DNA of 64,000 bases from NCBI GenBank assembly GCA_000002445.1, contig CP000068.1, positions 1,440,001-1,504,000 of the forward strand, written 5' to 3'. The notes beneath the pieces were generated by a model. It ran no database searches. It was not told the origin of the DNA and saw only the letters and a list, made by a program, of their open reading frames with translations. The stretch is from Trypanosoma brucei. Lineage: Eukaryota. Position numbers and translations under genes: made by a program. Positions 13,075 to 26,699 of the stretch are shown piece by piece (positions within the stretch are counted from its first letter, which is position 1; every line of letters starts with the position of its first letter).

Positions 13075-13160
13075 TACCAAAATTTTGTTATTATAATATT
13101 CGTATATACACACTCACAAAACTCTCCTATCATTAGCATTACTATTATAATATTACAATA
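13075..13160 (-). repeat. 70-bp repeat, single copy
   Basis: 'attataatattcgtatatacacactcacaaaactctcctatcattagcattactattataatatt'. Confidence 0.75.
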
Positions 13161-13431
13161 ACTAATGTTTATAAATAACCAAAATAAGAAGATAAACCAA
13201 GATGGAAAAATTTTAGAATAGCACTCATTTTCATACCATATTACCGTGCTGCTCTACACCGATAAGTTACTTTCATGCCAAAATGTAGTTCTTAATCTAT
13301 TCAAAATTTCACTAATTTTCACATTTTCATCAAAGGGTCTTAAGTTGTATCAAATTTTAGGAAAATTTAGCAAATTATCTCAAAGTATAAAATTTGATAC
13401 AGTTGGGTAAAAATCTTTAAAAAATTCAAAA

Positions 13432-14940
13432 TCATTAAAATCCTACAAAGCTTATAAATGCAGCAGCCATACTCAGGGCTAAATTCTTACTGACCAGAAA
13501 ACTGGAATCCTGAAACTTGCCTTCAATCCAGCCGCAAACTGCCTTCCTTCTGTGTGGAATATCGCCAATCACAGCTTCACAGTCTGTCTGGTTCTGAAAG
13601 CTGCTGCACACAGGTTTGGCAGTATTACCCCCGTCCTTGCTTTCTCCTGTTTTGTCTGCTGCATCTGATTTGACGTCTGATTCGGGTGCTGTTTTTGTTG
13701 CTGCTTCTGCTGGCTTTTGGTAACGCTTGCTGCTAAAGAAAGAAAAGGCCAGCCCCGCTTCTGGTGTGTTTGCAATCTGTTCTATATTTTTGGTTTCCGC
13801 CTTGCCAGCCACTTTGTACGTCACTTTGGGATGCGTTAATGTTTTTAAAAAGTTTTCTGTGAGTGGTTTGCTGTCATTTCCGAATATATCTGCGACGCGT
13901 TTTTGTAGTTTTTTCTTGTCTTCTTGTTTTTCTGGGTCTAGGATGCCTGGGGGATAAATTAAAAGTTGCGCTGCTATTTTAAGCATGCCTGGATCTTCAG
14001 CAAGCTCCTTGGGGCTAGATGTCGAGACCGCTGTTGGTTGCGCCGGCTACACGGTTCTGGCGTTGCACAACGCTGCTGTTAGGTTGTCGAGAAAGCCATC
14101 TTTTTTGTCTTGCAATTTGGGTTTTGTAGCGCAGGTCGTTCCGCCTGCTGTTCCGTCGAATAAACTCGTCGCTGTGTATTCCTTGTCGTCGTCAAATTTG
14201 AGGTCCGCGCCGATGCCGTTGACTACGCTTTTTCTTGGCTGCGCGCCTGTTGCGCAGTCTTTTGCTGTATTTTGCGTCATGCTGGCAGTGTTGCCGTCGC
14301 CCGCCGCTAGCGCTATAATGGTTGGCGTCCTGTGCGTGAAGAATGTGTCTGGTGCCGCTTTGATTTGTTTAGCTGTCCTTAGTTGTTGGCTTTCCAGCTT
14401 TAGCGCCGGCGTTCGGTCCTCTGTGCTGTCGCATTCACTTCCTCGGCTTGGGGGCTGGTTTAAAGTTATTGTGCATTTTCCTGTGCTTGTCCCACCAGTT
14501 AGCGTTCAGTCATTGTGCGCGAATGTTACAGACTTTTTGGCTGGTTCGCTTTTCCGTCGCATCTTCAACGCAGCTGCTATAAGATCTAACCTGACCGACA
14601 ACTGTTTTAGCGCCTCCCTGCTTGCTACAATTTTTTGCCTGTTTGCCTCCTGTGCTCTGGCTGTCTTGGCTTTGGCGAGTCGCTCCAGCGCGAGGTATCC
14701 TTTTTCTTTGGCGCCGTCGTCGACGGCGGCCACTGCTAGCGCGTATTTTTCACTTTCGGCGCTCATGGCGTCTGTTGCTTTTTGTGCCGCTATTATGTTT
14801 CCTTCAAAGTGCTGTTTTAGTTGCGCCATGTAAACTTTTTCGGTGCAAATGTCAGTTACCGCTGTAAAAGCTGATTGTTCATCTTGGGCGCCGCAGACTA
14901 CTGCAATGAGCATTGTCGCAAACGCCGCCCTGGTACACAT
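13432..14940 (-). pseudogene. VSG pseudogene (3 frame fragments)
   Basis: N-terminal ORF 14506-14940 has the signal peptide 'MCTRAAFATMLIAVVCGA'. A middle fragment is at 14047-14280. The C-terminal ORF 13435-13986 ends '...CGWIEGKFQDSSFLVSKNLALSMAAAFISFVGF*', a class-1-like VSG GPI signal. Confidence 0.8.
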
Positions 14941-16149
14941 TGAAGGCTGGTGGATAGCCGTATAGCTTTGGCTAGTTTTTTCTACCTTTTTTTATTACTC
15001 AGTTCCGGTGGCCTAAAATACACAAGTTTTGACGGCATTCGGTTCATTAATACTTGCAGTATCTAGGACGTTGTCTTTTAGAAGTTGTTGTGGTCGCCGG
15101 CTTTGGCGAGTTTGCATCATTTAATCTGATAACGCTGTTGTTTTAAGCATTCGCCATGTTGTATTTGTCAGCCGGTTGGGGTCCCTGTTCAAATTTTCTG
15201 TGAGTGAAATACTTAAAATGCTACATCTGCGCTTGTTCTGGAATGCTCTCGCTTCATAAAGCAAGGAAGGCGCTCTTTGTGCCTCCATTGTGGGCTGTAC
15301 ATTGTCATTTAGATGTCTGATAATCCAAATTAGCATCCATTTAAAATACGCTAATTTACCTTTAATGTGGGGTATAAATTTTCCGTTGGTTTAGTGTCAT
15401 TTATTCCTTTCTTATTTGTTTATTCAACTTTTTTACAACTCTATATATCTAAAATATTTAGAATTTACAGTCCTCACTATATTATATCATTTGTAAATCT
15501 CCTGTTCTTGTTTTAACTTGAAATAACCTGGAAAGTTGTTGTTTCTCCTGTGTATGACTCCTCTGCTTGTTCTTTCTATTATTTTGTGCGCTTGTATCTC
15601 GGTGGCGGTAAATACTGGGTCATATCGTCGGTTAAAGCTCTTTTTTCTGCTTTTTCTCTTCTTATCCGCGCTGATAATTGTGGTTCTGAGATTCACTTTA
15701 TATGAATCACAAATTCTTGAAACAGCATTAGTGTCTGACCAGTACACTAATAAGAAAATAGTGCAATATCTTTTCTGCCTTCGCGCTAGTCACAAACATT
15801 CTCTTCCGCGTTACATTCGCGATTATTTATTCTTTTCGTCCTTTTCTTTACTAAAGCGTTTGTCGACATCTTCTTCTGCTTGTTATTACAGCAAAAACAT
15901 ATAAACTCCACTTTTTACGTACATTGGGCTCCATCCCCCATCATTGTTCACTAAATCACTTACTCATTCATACACACGTCATCATATTTGTGTTGGCGCA
16001 TGTGCATCTTCAAATCGTCTTCCTCTGCCCTATTTCCTCTATTAATATTCCTTCTTATTTCTCATCTCCTTTCACTTATTCACTCACTTAGCATAATTGT
16101 ATCCTTTCCACTATTTTAACTGCTTATATTTGTACAGTGTACTTTTCTT

Positions 16150-16300
16150 TACCATAAACTTTATAATAATATTAGACTATACACACTCACACCACACCCT
16201 CCTATTATTATTATTATCATAATCATCATCATTATTATTTTTATTACTGCTCTTATTCTTATATTCGTATATACACACTCACAATACTCCCCTGCCTTTA
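16150..16300 (-). repeat. 70-bp repeats, two adjacent copies
   Basis: '...attagactatacacactcacaccacaccctcctattattatta...' and '...cttatattcgtatatacacactcacaatactcccctgcc...'. Confidence 0.7.
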
Positions 16301-16520
16301 TTACAATCCATAAAATAAACACAATATGAAGACTTTCATAATGAAACTATCTTTTTAACCATATTACCCTGTTATATTACACCCACAGTCCACTTTCGTA
16401 AAAAATTTCGTATCTTCATTTTCTTTTTTAACAATTTGAAGGTTTTTATCGAAAAGTGTTAAAATACATTAAATTGTTTCTAAATTTTATGAAATTTATA
16501 AAAATATCTATTTTGAAAGA

Positions 16521-17981
16521 AATTTATAAAATTGAGAAAAATTCTAAATATTTTTCATTTGAAGTCAAAAATGCAGGCAAAAGAGGGACCTTATGAATGA
16601 CAAAAGAATTGCTTTCTGTGGTGTTTGTATTTTTGTCATCATTACCTTCTGTTTCTTGGTTTGCTTTTTCTAGTTGTGCTTTCACATCCTTTTTTAACTC
16701 ACACTTTTTGGTGTTTCTATCAAATATACAGCCTTTCTCCTTTAGAGTTTCACATTTTCCTTCGTCACCTGTCGCCTCATTGCATAGTTTCTCCTCTGGT
16801 GTCGGTTGGGCTGACGAACAGTTGCAAGCATCCGCGGCTGTAGGGATGTTTCTTTGAATGGCTTTGTTGATCGTGTAGTTTGTTTCTAGTTCAGTGAGTA
16901 AGGGTAGGTTACTGATCTCAGCAAGTTTCGTCCCCTTCGTAACCCCGTGGGAGTCCTCTGCTAGCGTCATTGTTTTCAGTTTATTCCAGAACATTGTTGT
17001 TGGATCTGGGTCTTTGCTGCCGTACAGTTTTTCCATTGCTTGCTCTTTTTCCTGTCCGCTGAAGGGTTTGCTGGCGCCAACGGCTGCTGCAAGCGTGGCG
17101 TCAAAGTTGGCAAGGTTTTTCAGGGCATTTTTGTCGGGAAGCTCGATGGTGTTTATTACAAGTGCCGGCTGTGACAATTTGTTGAATGATTTTTCGGCAT
17201 GCCTTTTCTTAGAATCGCCTTCTGGCCCTGCTAGGCTGCTGAGGTCCGTGAGTTGGGCGTCCGTGCTGCTTAGACTGATGAGCCCCATAGCTACGTGTTT
17301 GTTGGCGCCGTAGGTTGCGCTTTCTACCGGGCCGTTGTTGTTGCCGCCGCCGTGTATTTTGCAGCCTTTTGCGTTGGTCGACCATAGGTTGTTTTTGTCT
17401 GTTTTGCGTTTGTACCCCCCTGGTCGATGCGCACTTTTGTCTTGCCATCCTGTTGTGTGTCCGAGGTCGGTCGCTTTGCAATTTGCTACCTGCGCCGCGA
17501 GTTGGTCGCTTGTGTATAAAGTCCCTGCGTTTTCGTCATCTGCAAAACAACCGTTGGTGTTGGCGTTTGTTGCTTGTCCCGCTATATTCAGATACTCGTA
17601 GAGGCCGCGGAGCAAGTAGTTGCTCCGCCTTATAGCTTCTATTGCCAACATTGCGGTTGCTTTAGTAAACTTGGCTGCTTCCTCTGCTGCTGTTCTGTGC
17701 AGGGCGGCGCTGATTGCTTGTAGTTGTAGTGCCTCTTGGGCGGTCGAAGCTGCTGCTATTAGTATCCGTACCTTGGCCAAGACGGCTTGGTTCGCCGATA
17801 GCTTGTCTGCTGCCGCCGTTAGGCCATCGGCGTGAACCTGCTCCTTGGCCCTGACTTCTGCCGCAATATCGCAAACCTGCTCCAAGCCATTCTTTGTGAG
17901 TGCTTTGTCGTTGGCTGCTTTTACCTTCGTCCGGTTCGCTGTACCGCAAAGGAGCAGTATTAGCGCTATCCAGTGGTGCAT
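16521..17981 (-). CDS. VSG with full-length ORF but lost canonical stop and extended GPI-signal tail (probably non-functional)
   Basis: Single 508-codon ORF 16524-18050. The likely start is 'MHHWIALILLLCGTANRT' (signal peptide). The VSG C-terminal domain '...KGCIFDRNTKKCELKK...TNTTESNSFVIHKVPLLPAFL' continues as 'TSNEKYLEFFSIL*' instead of ending '...LLLAFLLF*'. Confidence 0.8.
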
Positions 17982-19544
17982 ATGTGTTGTGCCGAAAAAG
18001 TAAGCTTTTGATCCACTTGAATGTGCGTGTCTCTGCACCAGTAGTGGCACTGGCTGTGGTTTATGTGACCCTTCCTATCGCTGTGGAATTCACTGAGATA
18101 TTTGCGGCGGTATTATTCCTGTAGCTTAGCTCTGTTGAGGTGGTGGTGGTTTTTTGGCCTTGATTTCCTGCGTTTCACTTTGTCTGTGTTTGGTCTGTGG
18201 CGTGTATATTGTCGTAGGCACCCAGCCTTTTGTAGATTCAGTGCCTACAGATCGGCGTAGTTGTGCAGTAAATGGGTGTGAAGTGGTGCTGTTTTACTAG
18301 AGAGTTGTGCTGTATTACCCACAAACATAAAATGAGAAGTGCTACAAGCTGCCCGTCAGTTTGCTTCTGCGAAACCTGGAAATATCCGTTTACAAAATTC
18401 TCGGCCATCCTGACTCCTCACCTACCAAATACCCATCTGATTTCCCACCAGATCAACCTTCTATTTCTATAAAACAGTGAGAAACTCCATATATATAAAG
18501 TATCTTTCATTTATTGTTTTAATGGATCCTATTTTGTTCTTATTTTCATGCACCACTTTCCGGTGGAATGATAATGAACAGCTGTGGTTTTCATGAGAAC
18601 ATAACGGCTTTCGTACCCGCTCTATATATTGGAGGACTTGACCTGCAGTTCCGATTAAGCAGTGGCCATTTGTGGTTTGTCTGCAATTTATTTAGCTGCT
18701 GATATTTCTTTATTCCCTCCATTAAACTAGGATCTTCTTTATTCCTAATATTGAGCGCTGGATAATTGAATGCGGATAATGTTTAGCTTCTCTAAGGTAT
18801 CTAATAAGAGTTATCTTCCAAGTTATTTTTTGTATCTCATAACTGTCCTTTAACAATTCATATATGTACTATTTTCTGCAATTTCCGCTGGTTTCCTCTT
18901 CTTTTCCTTTCCACAGTAATCTATTAGTAATCATAGTTTTAAATTTTTTTATACATAATATTATAATGTTTCCCACAAGTGTTAGCCATTATTACTATAT
19001 ATGAAGAACAGAAGAATTTGACAATACATCACACTCACCCAATCCGTACGACCTCTTTCTTCTTCACCTCTGAACATTAGGATCCTCCATCAGATTAAAA
19101 ACCACAGCCACAAAAATAATCTACGCTGTGCTATCTATCTATTTTTAAATAAAACACTAGGCATCATTGACTCATACTTCTTTTTTAATGATATATTATT
19201 TCACATTCTGTTGTTTCATCTTACATTTTCTTTCCCTCTTCTCCAACAACTTTTATAATCCATACGGGTTACATACGGACTCTATTACGCATCTGCACTT
19301 GACTACGGCTCACCCTTAGTGTTTTTCATTACATTATAGTTTATAAAGATTATCAGCTTCATATTTGTGGACGAAACTGTGCATATTTTATTTTCCTCCA
19401 TGTATTTCTTTTTTTGCGTTGCTTACTAATAATATTACTCGCGCTTTCGCCTTCCAACTTCCTTACTCACCTACTCCAACTGCACTAGCGCCAGTATCTT
19501 AGGCACTTCTATCTTTCGTTGTCTGTTTTGTCTTCAGAAGAAAT

Positions 19545-19625
19545 CTTAACATAATATTAGTATACACAAACTCACAACACTCTCCTATAATCATCATTAT
19601 TGTCATTATATCTATTATTTTAATT
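19545..19625 (-). repeat. 70-bp repeat, single copy
   Basis: 'ataatattagtatacacaaactcacaacactctcctataatcatcattattgtcattat'. Confidence 0.7.
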
Positions 19626-19872
19626 ACTAATATCCATGAAATAAACAAAATCATCAATAAAGAAAATTGGAATATCACTTATTTTTTATACCCTGTCACC
19701 CTGTTGCTTTTCTACTTTGCACCCATAGGCCACCATCATACAAAAATTCGTATTTTAAAAATTTACACTTTTCCAAAAGTGTCAAAACATATCAAAGTGT
19801 AGCAAATTTATAAAGTTCTCTCAAAATAGAAAATTTTCATAATTTTCATATAATTGAGCAAAAACACTTAAA

Positions 19873-21397
19873 ATACTAAAATGCCATCAAAATCATAGAG
19901 GCAGCAGCAATCAGATCAGATTTCTTTTTGACGTCAAAACTGACATCTTTGCAAGCATTATTCTCCCATTTGCATCCAGTAGCCTCTCCACAATCTTTCT
20001 CTAGTTTCTCTTTACATTTCTCCGTTGTTACTGTGGCTCCATCGCCTTCTTGTTTTTCCTGCTCTGCAACCTGCATTTCGCTTGGTTTGCACAATCTGTC
20101 TACCTCAGTTTTACCTTTCCATTTGCATTCTGCGGACCTGCACGTGGAATTGGTACGGAGTTTCTCACATTGTGCTTTGACCTCTATTTTTGTTTGTTTA
20201 GTCGGCGTTGCCGCTTTGCTAAACGCCACTGCCAAAATTCTGGCGCGGATTATCGCCTGCTCGGCTTCTTCTGCTTTTTCGTCCAGTGCTTTGTTGATCT
20301 TTGTGGCTGCCTGTTCGGTTTCGTCCGAAGAAACCAGGTTTGCTGCGAGTGATTCGAACGCCGTTAGCCACGTCAGCTTCTTTGTGCGTTGCCATCTGTC
20401 GCTAGGCCTGTGAATTTTATGCACATGCCCTGTTCTGATGACCCCGAGCAGCCGGTTGGTCGAAACGTACCTAGGTAGCCATGTGTGCCGTCTGTGTGAA
20501 TTAGAGCCTTGATTGTTTTAATCGCAGCTTCAAGTTCTGCCGCCGTTACGGGTGTCTTTGCGCGCTGCGCCGCAGCTTTCGGCTAGTGTTTCGTAGTCTT
20601 ATTTTTGCGGTGGAGTTGTTCCGGAATTCCCTGCGTTATCCGGTTCTGCCTTTTCCGTGCACGCGCCGTCTATTACCTTGTTGGTTTGGCCCTCTGAGCA
20701 CAGACAAGCCAGTACTGCGATCGCTGAAGCCGGGTGTGCGCCGGTTCCTGTTGCTGTACAAGCGGCTGCCCTTGTCCCTGATACCGTTTGTCCGAAAGGA
20801 ACCGTTGCGGGGATGTTGGCTAGGGTTGCTGAGGATGACCCAAGAGTTGCCGTCGTTATGATTTTGTCCGGTGGATTCGTGGTTGGCGCTGCGGTGGAAG
20901 GAGGTAAAGTCGGGTATTGGCCTAGTATTTCCTCTGCTGACCTTGCTATTTGTGATACTTCGGCCGCCGCCAGCTACTTTTCTATTTCTGAGAGTTCCGG
21001 TGTGGTGGCTTTTTTGACCTTCTGGTTGCCTGCCTCTTTTTTTAGTGCCTCGGCTGCGAGTGCCCAGTCAGCCCAAAACTCTGATTCACCTACCTCTTTT
21101 AGCTCGGAAGCTAAAAGCGTTTTCTTGCACTGTTTTGCGGTCTGGTTCCTTGTAGAATTTGGCTTGCCAGTAAGCTAGTGAAAGAGTGAAGTTCAGTTGC
21201 TGTATGTAATTATATACTGCCGTTTTGGGTGGGGTTATTGGCGTGACTGAGACGGGCCTTTTTGTTAGCCTTATGAAAGCACACAAGACTGCATATTCTG
21301 CTCTGTTTTCGCCATACACCATGTTGCCACTGGTTGCCAGTTTTGGTCCGATAATAAGAAGTAGCGCTAATGCTAGACGGTGCATGGCCGCATACAT
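19873..21397 (-). pseudogene. VSG pseudogene (frameshifted)
   Basis: N-terminal ORF 21086-21397 has the signal peptide 'MHRLALALLLIIGPKLATSG' and 'AEYAVLCAFIRL'. C-terminal ORF 19876-20424 has Cys-rich '...CEKLRTNSTCRSAECKWKGK...CKWENNACKDVSFDVKKKSDLIAAASMILMAF*'. The middle is out of frame. Confidence 0.8.
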
Positions 21398-23124
21398 GGA
21401 TTTACTGGTGTGGTGATCTTGGAAAGTGGAAAGCAGGGCTGAGGCATAAGATAAAAATAGACAAAGTCACACATGTAGCGTGGCGATATAAAGTATTTCT
21501 ATTGATGTGTACCTTATACTGAATTAGAAAGGGAAAGTTTCATATAGAATGGCGTTGAAAAAATGCTTCTTTTCCCCTCTTCTGTAATGTAGTTTAACAG
21601 TTCGGACAGAATGTACCGTACTTGTTCGAATGGCGCTGATTTTTTCTTTTAATGGCTTATTGACAGTGCGTAACCTGAGAATCATCCATGCAAGGCCGCA
21701 CAGCTCCTTTTTCGTTCCGTCTTCCGGCTGGGCAGTCATCATAACTTTGCTACCATAAACACTTCTCCTTCTTTTAACGCATCACGACAAATATTTAAAT
21801 ATTCAAAATAAAATTTATCCTCATCTATCACATAAGTTTTAAGTTTTTCAAAATATGTTGTAATTTCCTTCTCTCCACTTCTCTATACCAAGTAATAATT
21901 TTCACAAGCAGTTTCGCTTTTTTCTTTCATGCAACAAGCTCCCAAAGAAAATGAATGAATGGAGTCTCTCTAACTTCACTGTTATATAAAAAGAAAAGAA
22001 AGGCTCCCCATAATCTAATCCAATCATTCCTCTCCTCAAAAAAAATCGCTCTCCAACAGCTTCTTCCTGAACTGCACTCCATATTAGTAGAGGTTTGTGA
22101 ATACTCTGCTCTGACCACCACTCCCCACTTCCCTTTAGTAATTCTCAAAAACTATAATCAAATATCTTAAAAGCCCATACTCTGGCTATTAAACCACCAC
22201 CACTAAGATAAGATTTTCCACTAGGAGGTGATTTTAGAAAATGAGTTAACTTTTTATCCTCTTCTTTTCTGTAACCTACATTAAAAAATCAATAACATCT
22301 ATCTGTAAATGCTCTTTGTGATCTGAGTTCATAAGCAAATCCAACTGAGGAGCATAACATTCTGATATTGTCATGAATATAATAGGGGAAATTTTCTTCT
22401 CTTTTACTATATCTTCTCCACTAAACTTCTCTTTGCTTTCTGCAGTATTTTGTATAAAATATTCCACAGCAGTTTCATATTTATCTCTATCAGAAGCAAT
22501 AGCATCAGAACCATCTACAGTTATAACAATGTCCTTATCACTTGCATTCTGCTTTTCTAAAAATTACATAACCCATCTAATTCTTCTAAGATGGATATAC
22601 AAATCTTTCATTACAATTGTAATAAATTCAACATGGCTTAGTTTACCTTTCAAAATGAGCCTACACTATTCTTGAGTTGCATGAGTTTGAACTACAACCA
22701 CAAAGACTTTAGGATTTCTAGTAAAATTCTCCGTCATATCTGCGTTGTTATTTGTTTCGTCATTAAGAAGAGATAGTGAGTCTAAACACACTGAATGCAA
22801 CTGTAATGGTAAAGTTCTCGAGATAAGAAACTTAATGTCACAATTTAACCTAAAAGATTCAAGTGGGTTATAAAAAATTTAATAAAACCTTAAGAAAGGA
22901 AACAAGTTGTGACACTACTGTTCTTTGATAAGTAAATTGTGTTTACATAAATAAGTAATTCCTCGTTTTTTATGACATATCTGTCTGTGTGTGTATATTC
23001 TGTGTCTTCAGCTTGTAGTTTGGAACTTATCTACAGCAGCTATAAAAGTCAGTTACACTCAATGCGCCATTTCCATTGTTATAAGTGCTTCTGTTTTGAA
23101 AAACAGTTTGATTCATACCATCTC

Positions 23125-23200
23125 TTTTATTATAATATTCTTATATATACACTCAAGACACTTTCCTATTATTATTATTTATTATTATTGCTATTATAAC
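23125..23200 (-). repeat. 70-bp repeat, single copy
   Basis: 'ttataatattcttatatatacactcaagacactttcctattattattatttattattatt'. Confidence 0.7.
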
Positions 23201-23467
23201 CCTACCTAATATGCATAAAATAATTTAAATAAACTAAATTAGAAAATTCAAATATTACGCATTTCTCATACCATATTACTCTGCTACTTTGCATCCATAG
23301 GCTAATTTCATACCAAAAATACTAAAATTCATTATCTTGATAATTTTTAAGGTTTAATCAAAAAGAGTTAAAACATATCAAATTTTATGAAGTTTATAAA
23401 ATTCTTTCAAATATAAAAGTTTCATAAGTTCCTCAAGATTTATAAAAAAACATTTATGAATTTCTAA

Positions 23468-24827
23468 TTTCTAAAACTCTACCATACTTACAAAAGCAAC
23501 AGCCATACTTAGAGCCAATTGTTTATTTCCAAGAAAAGTGGAAGAGTGGAAACCAGGAGTTACTGGGCCAGTGCCTTCGACATAGGTAATCCATCCACAA
23601 AAGGCTTTCTTCCCTTGGAGAATCGGGCCAGTTATTTTGGCGCAATCCTCAGGGGTCTGTGTGGCAGAGCACTTATCTGTTGCTCCTGCGGCTCCATCTC
23701 CTGTACCTTGGGTTTTCTGTTCTTGTCCATCTTTAGGTTTGCATAAATCCCCTTCGGTCTTTTTTTGCCATTCCATTTGCATTTATTGCTTGCTGCACAG
23801 GTCGGGTTTGTTTTTTGGGTTAAGCAGACTGAACCTGGTGTTCGCTTGGTTTCGGTTGGCGTCTCTACATTCTTCATTTCTGTTGGTATTGGGGTGTATA
23901 GTAAGGCCGCTGCTGTTGTGTTTATTAGTTTGATCTTTGCTGCTACCATATCAAGCTTGTTTGCTGCTTTCTTCTGGGAGTCGAACGCGGCTGCTGCGGC
24001 CTTGAGGGCTTATTTCCATTTTAACGTTGCATCTTCGCCTGTGATTTGTTCCTTGCTGAATTTAGCGCACCGTCCTGCGTTACCGTCCATGCGTCTTCGT
24101 TTGGCGAACTCTGGCAATCCAGGCAGCAACCAAGGCCTGCGTTTGCGTCGGTATTCGCGCCCGCACAAAGGCAAAGTAGTGTCCCGTACAGACTGTCGGT
24201 CGCACCTTCGCCTGGGGTGTTGGCACCGGCCGAACCCTTGCCGCAGAATGTCTGCCTGTCGCTGCCGCTCTTGATCTGCCCGGTTTGGCCGGCCTTGCCG
24301 TAAAGCGCCTCTGTTTGCTTTCGTTTTATGGCTTCCCCTTTTAGCTCTACCAGGTTGCCGCTGGCGCTGGCCTGAAGAGCCAGGGCTTCTTCTAGGAGGT
24401 ATTTTACCTGTTGTTTTAAATTTTCATTGCGTCTGTGCTTTTCCCAGTCGCCGAGAGCTTTTCTTTCTGGGTCTGTTGCCGGTAGGTTTGCTACGCGTTT
24501 CCATTGCTCCCAGTGGTCTGCGTAGTACTTTGTTTCTCCTTGATGCTGGTCGCGGATGGTATCCCAGGGCTTTTCTTTGTTTTTTTCAACAGTTGTCCGA
24601 ATGTTGTCATCGAGGAGTGTAAAGTTCATGGCAGTGAGGGTCTTGATAATCTGGTTTATTTCCGGCGGCGCCTCCAAATCTTTTGCTGCCGCTTTGGCGA
24701 ACTGAATTAAGCTGCAGACTGCAGCGAAGTCCGCTGCGTTTTCCCCTTTGGTTACTGCCGCGTCAGCAGTTAAAACTTTTTCGTATAACACTGCTATTAA
24801 AACGCAACAGAAAACACTTAAACCCAT
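23468..24827 (-). pseudogene. VSG pseudogene (b-type N-terminal domain, frameshifted)
   Basis: ORF 24021-24860 has 'MGLSVFCCVLIAVL' and '...LLCLCAGANTDANAGLGCCLDC...'. C-terminal fragments 23632-23949 and 23471-23782 end '...GNKQLALSMAVAFVSMVEF*'. Confidence 0.8.
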
Positions 24828-25340
24828 GCCGCGTCTTATTGAAAGTCGATCTAGTGGCAAGTGTTTCTCTAAAAAATGGTGTCGAAGGATTCAACGGGTG
24901 TTGCTGTGATGCCTGCCCTGTTGGAAATATCGATGACGTTAACAATTACCGCCACGTTGGCTGTACAATTGAAAGGCTTAAAAAATTATTGTGAATATCG
25001 CAGTCTTCAAACAAACAGTCTCTCTCGTTTCACTATTGGTACAAACAAAAATAAATCACATTTCTCAAGCACAACTGCGAAAAAAATACTAAAATAAAAG
25101 TTATTTTTTAAACTCTCATAAAATACCAAATTATGGTGTTTCTGAATGATTTCTTATAAATGGGGATAAATGAAAAACTAATTATAAAATTTGAATTTTC
25201 ACTCTGAATAATAGAGTGTCTCCTATGATCAGCTTGCGTAAAGTTTCATTTCAACATAGAAACACATGGAAGTTGTGAAAATTATGAAAAAAGTTCGATA
25301 TAAACTTTGTTTTTCAAAAGGTTCAACTTTTAATTCTAAG

Positions 25341-25376
25341 TTTCTTTAATATATATATATATATATATATATATGG
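25341..25376. repeat. (AT)n microsatellite
   Basis: 'atatatatatatatatatatatatat' is directly visible. Confidence 0.9.
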
Positions 25377-26699
25377 ATAGATTTTTGTATCTATTTCCGC
25401 TTTTAAAAACTATTGTTCATTCCTTATTGAGAATAACGTACACTTTTCTATAACAGACAATCTAAATCTTATGTTTTGTTCTTATTCATATTTGGCGGAA
25501 ATTTTCTACTACATGCTTGCACAATAAATATGTCACATTGCTGTTCTTCACTGACGCAATTTCTCGCCTTCTTCTGGAGGGCGTCATCTCTATTTTTATG
25601 CCGCTTGTGCTTTTACCTTGGCAATTTTTGTTCTAACCTCAATCTCTATCTGGTATGGTTAACCTTTATTTGTTCAGAAAAGTTTGCTTGGCTCTTATAT
25701 TTATATTAAGTCCCCGTAGCTTGTAAGCATTTTACGTCCTCAGCCATATTCTAATATGAAGCCAGCGGAGGCCCACTCGAACATCTTTTCAGCTTATATA
25801 AAGTCTCTCTAACGAATTGTATATGTGCTATTTCAATTAGTTTCCGGTTTTTTTATTACTTTTATGTATACAGTTATCCATTGTTGTCCCCGTTTATGAT
25901 GTTCTTTTCCAGATAATATTGTTGCAACAAGTGTTGGCGCTTATTACTATATCTAACAAAAACAAAAGACTTAAACACCACCTCACACTTATCAAACCCC
26001 TTTTTTCTCGTACTCCTGCTCCTTTTTTGCAGTTGAACATTATAATATGTTATCAGATTAAAATTACAGTTACAATCATTGAGGAGGCATCATCCATGCA
26101 TTTTCGAGTGAAATATAGCAAAACATGTCAACCAATTCCTAAAGTATTATCATTTTTGTCATGTGTACTTGCATATATTTTTGATTGATTACATTTTTTA
26201 GTTACGTCTTTTCGTGCACTATTGCCGCTGGTGCAGATAACATAGCAAATTGATTTGTCATGTACACTGGACTATGTCTCACCCTCATTGGCCCCTCCCA
26301 TCATATCATTGTAAATAAAACTGTGCGTATTTTATCTTATTAATTTTTTTGGGTTTGTGAATTTTTTTAAATATTCTCCGTGCACTCGCATTCCCATTTA
26401 CTAAATTTATCTTGGTGAACCTCTGCGTTTAATCAAGTGCCTCTATTGTTTCAGTATATTTGGTATTCACACACCAAATTCTTATAATGATACTACAACT
26501 ATAACCCTAAATCACTAATAAAATGCATAAAATAATCAAGAATAACCAAATTACAATATCACTAACTTTTTATGCTATATCACCATGCTGCTTTATATGC
26601 GGCATTCATATGAAAGTTACATATTTTTTTAATTTTCACAAATTTCATAGAATTGAGCAACAATCCTTAGGATGCTAAAATGATAAAATGCTACCAAGC

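Noticed and set aside
13985-14833. Long + strand ORFs overlapping VSGs (also 20657-21178, 44309-44935, 44883-45557, 37712-38308, 53096-53620, 342-854)
   Set aside because: All are antisense to minus-strand VSG coding sequence. They are Ala/Ser/Leu/Cys-rich low-complexity translations typical of the opposite strand of GC-richer VSG N-terminal domains.
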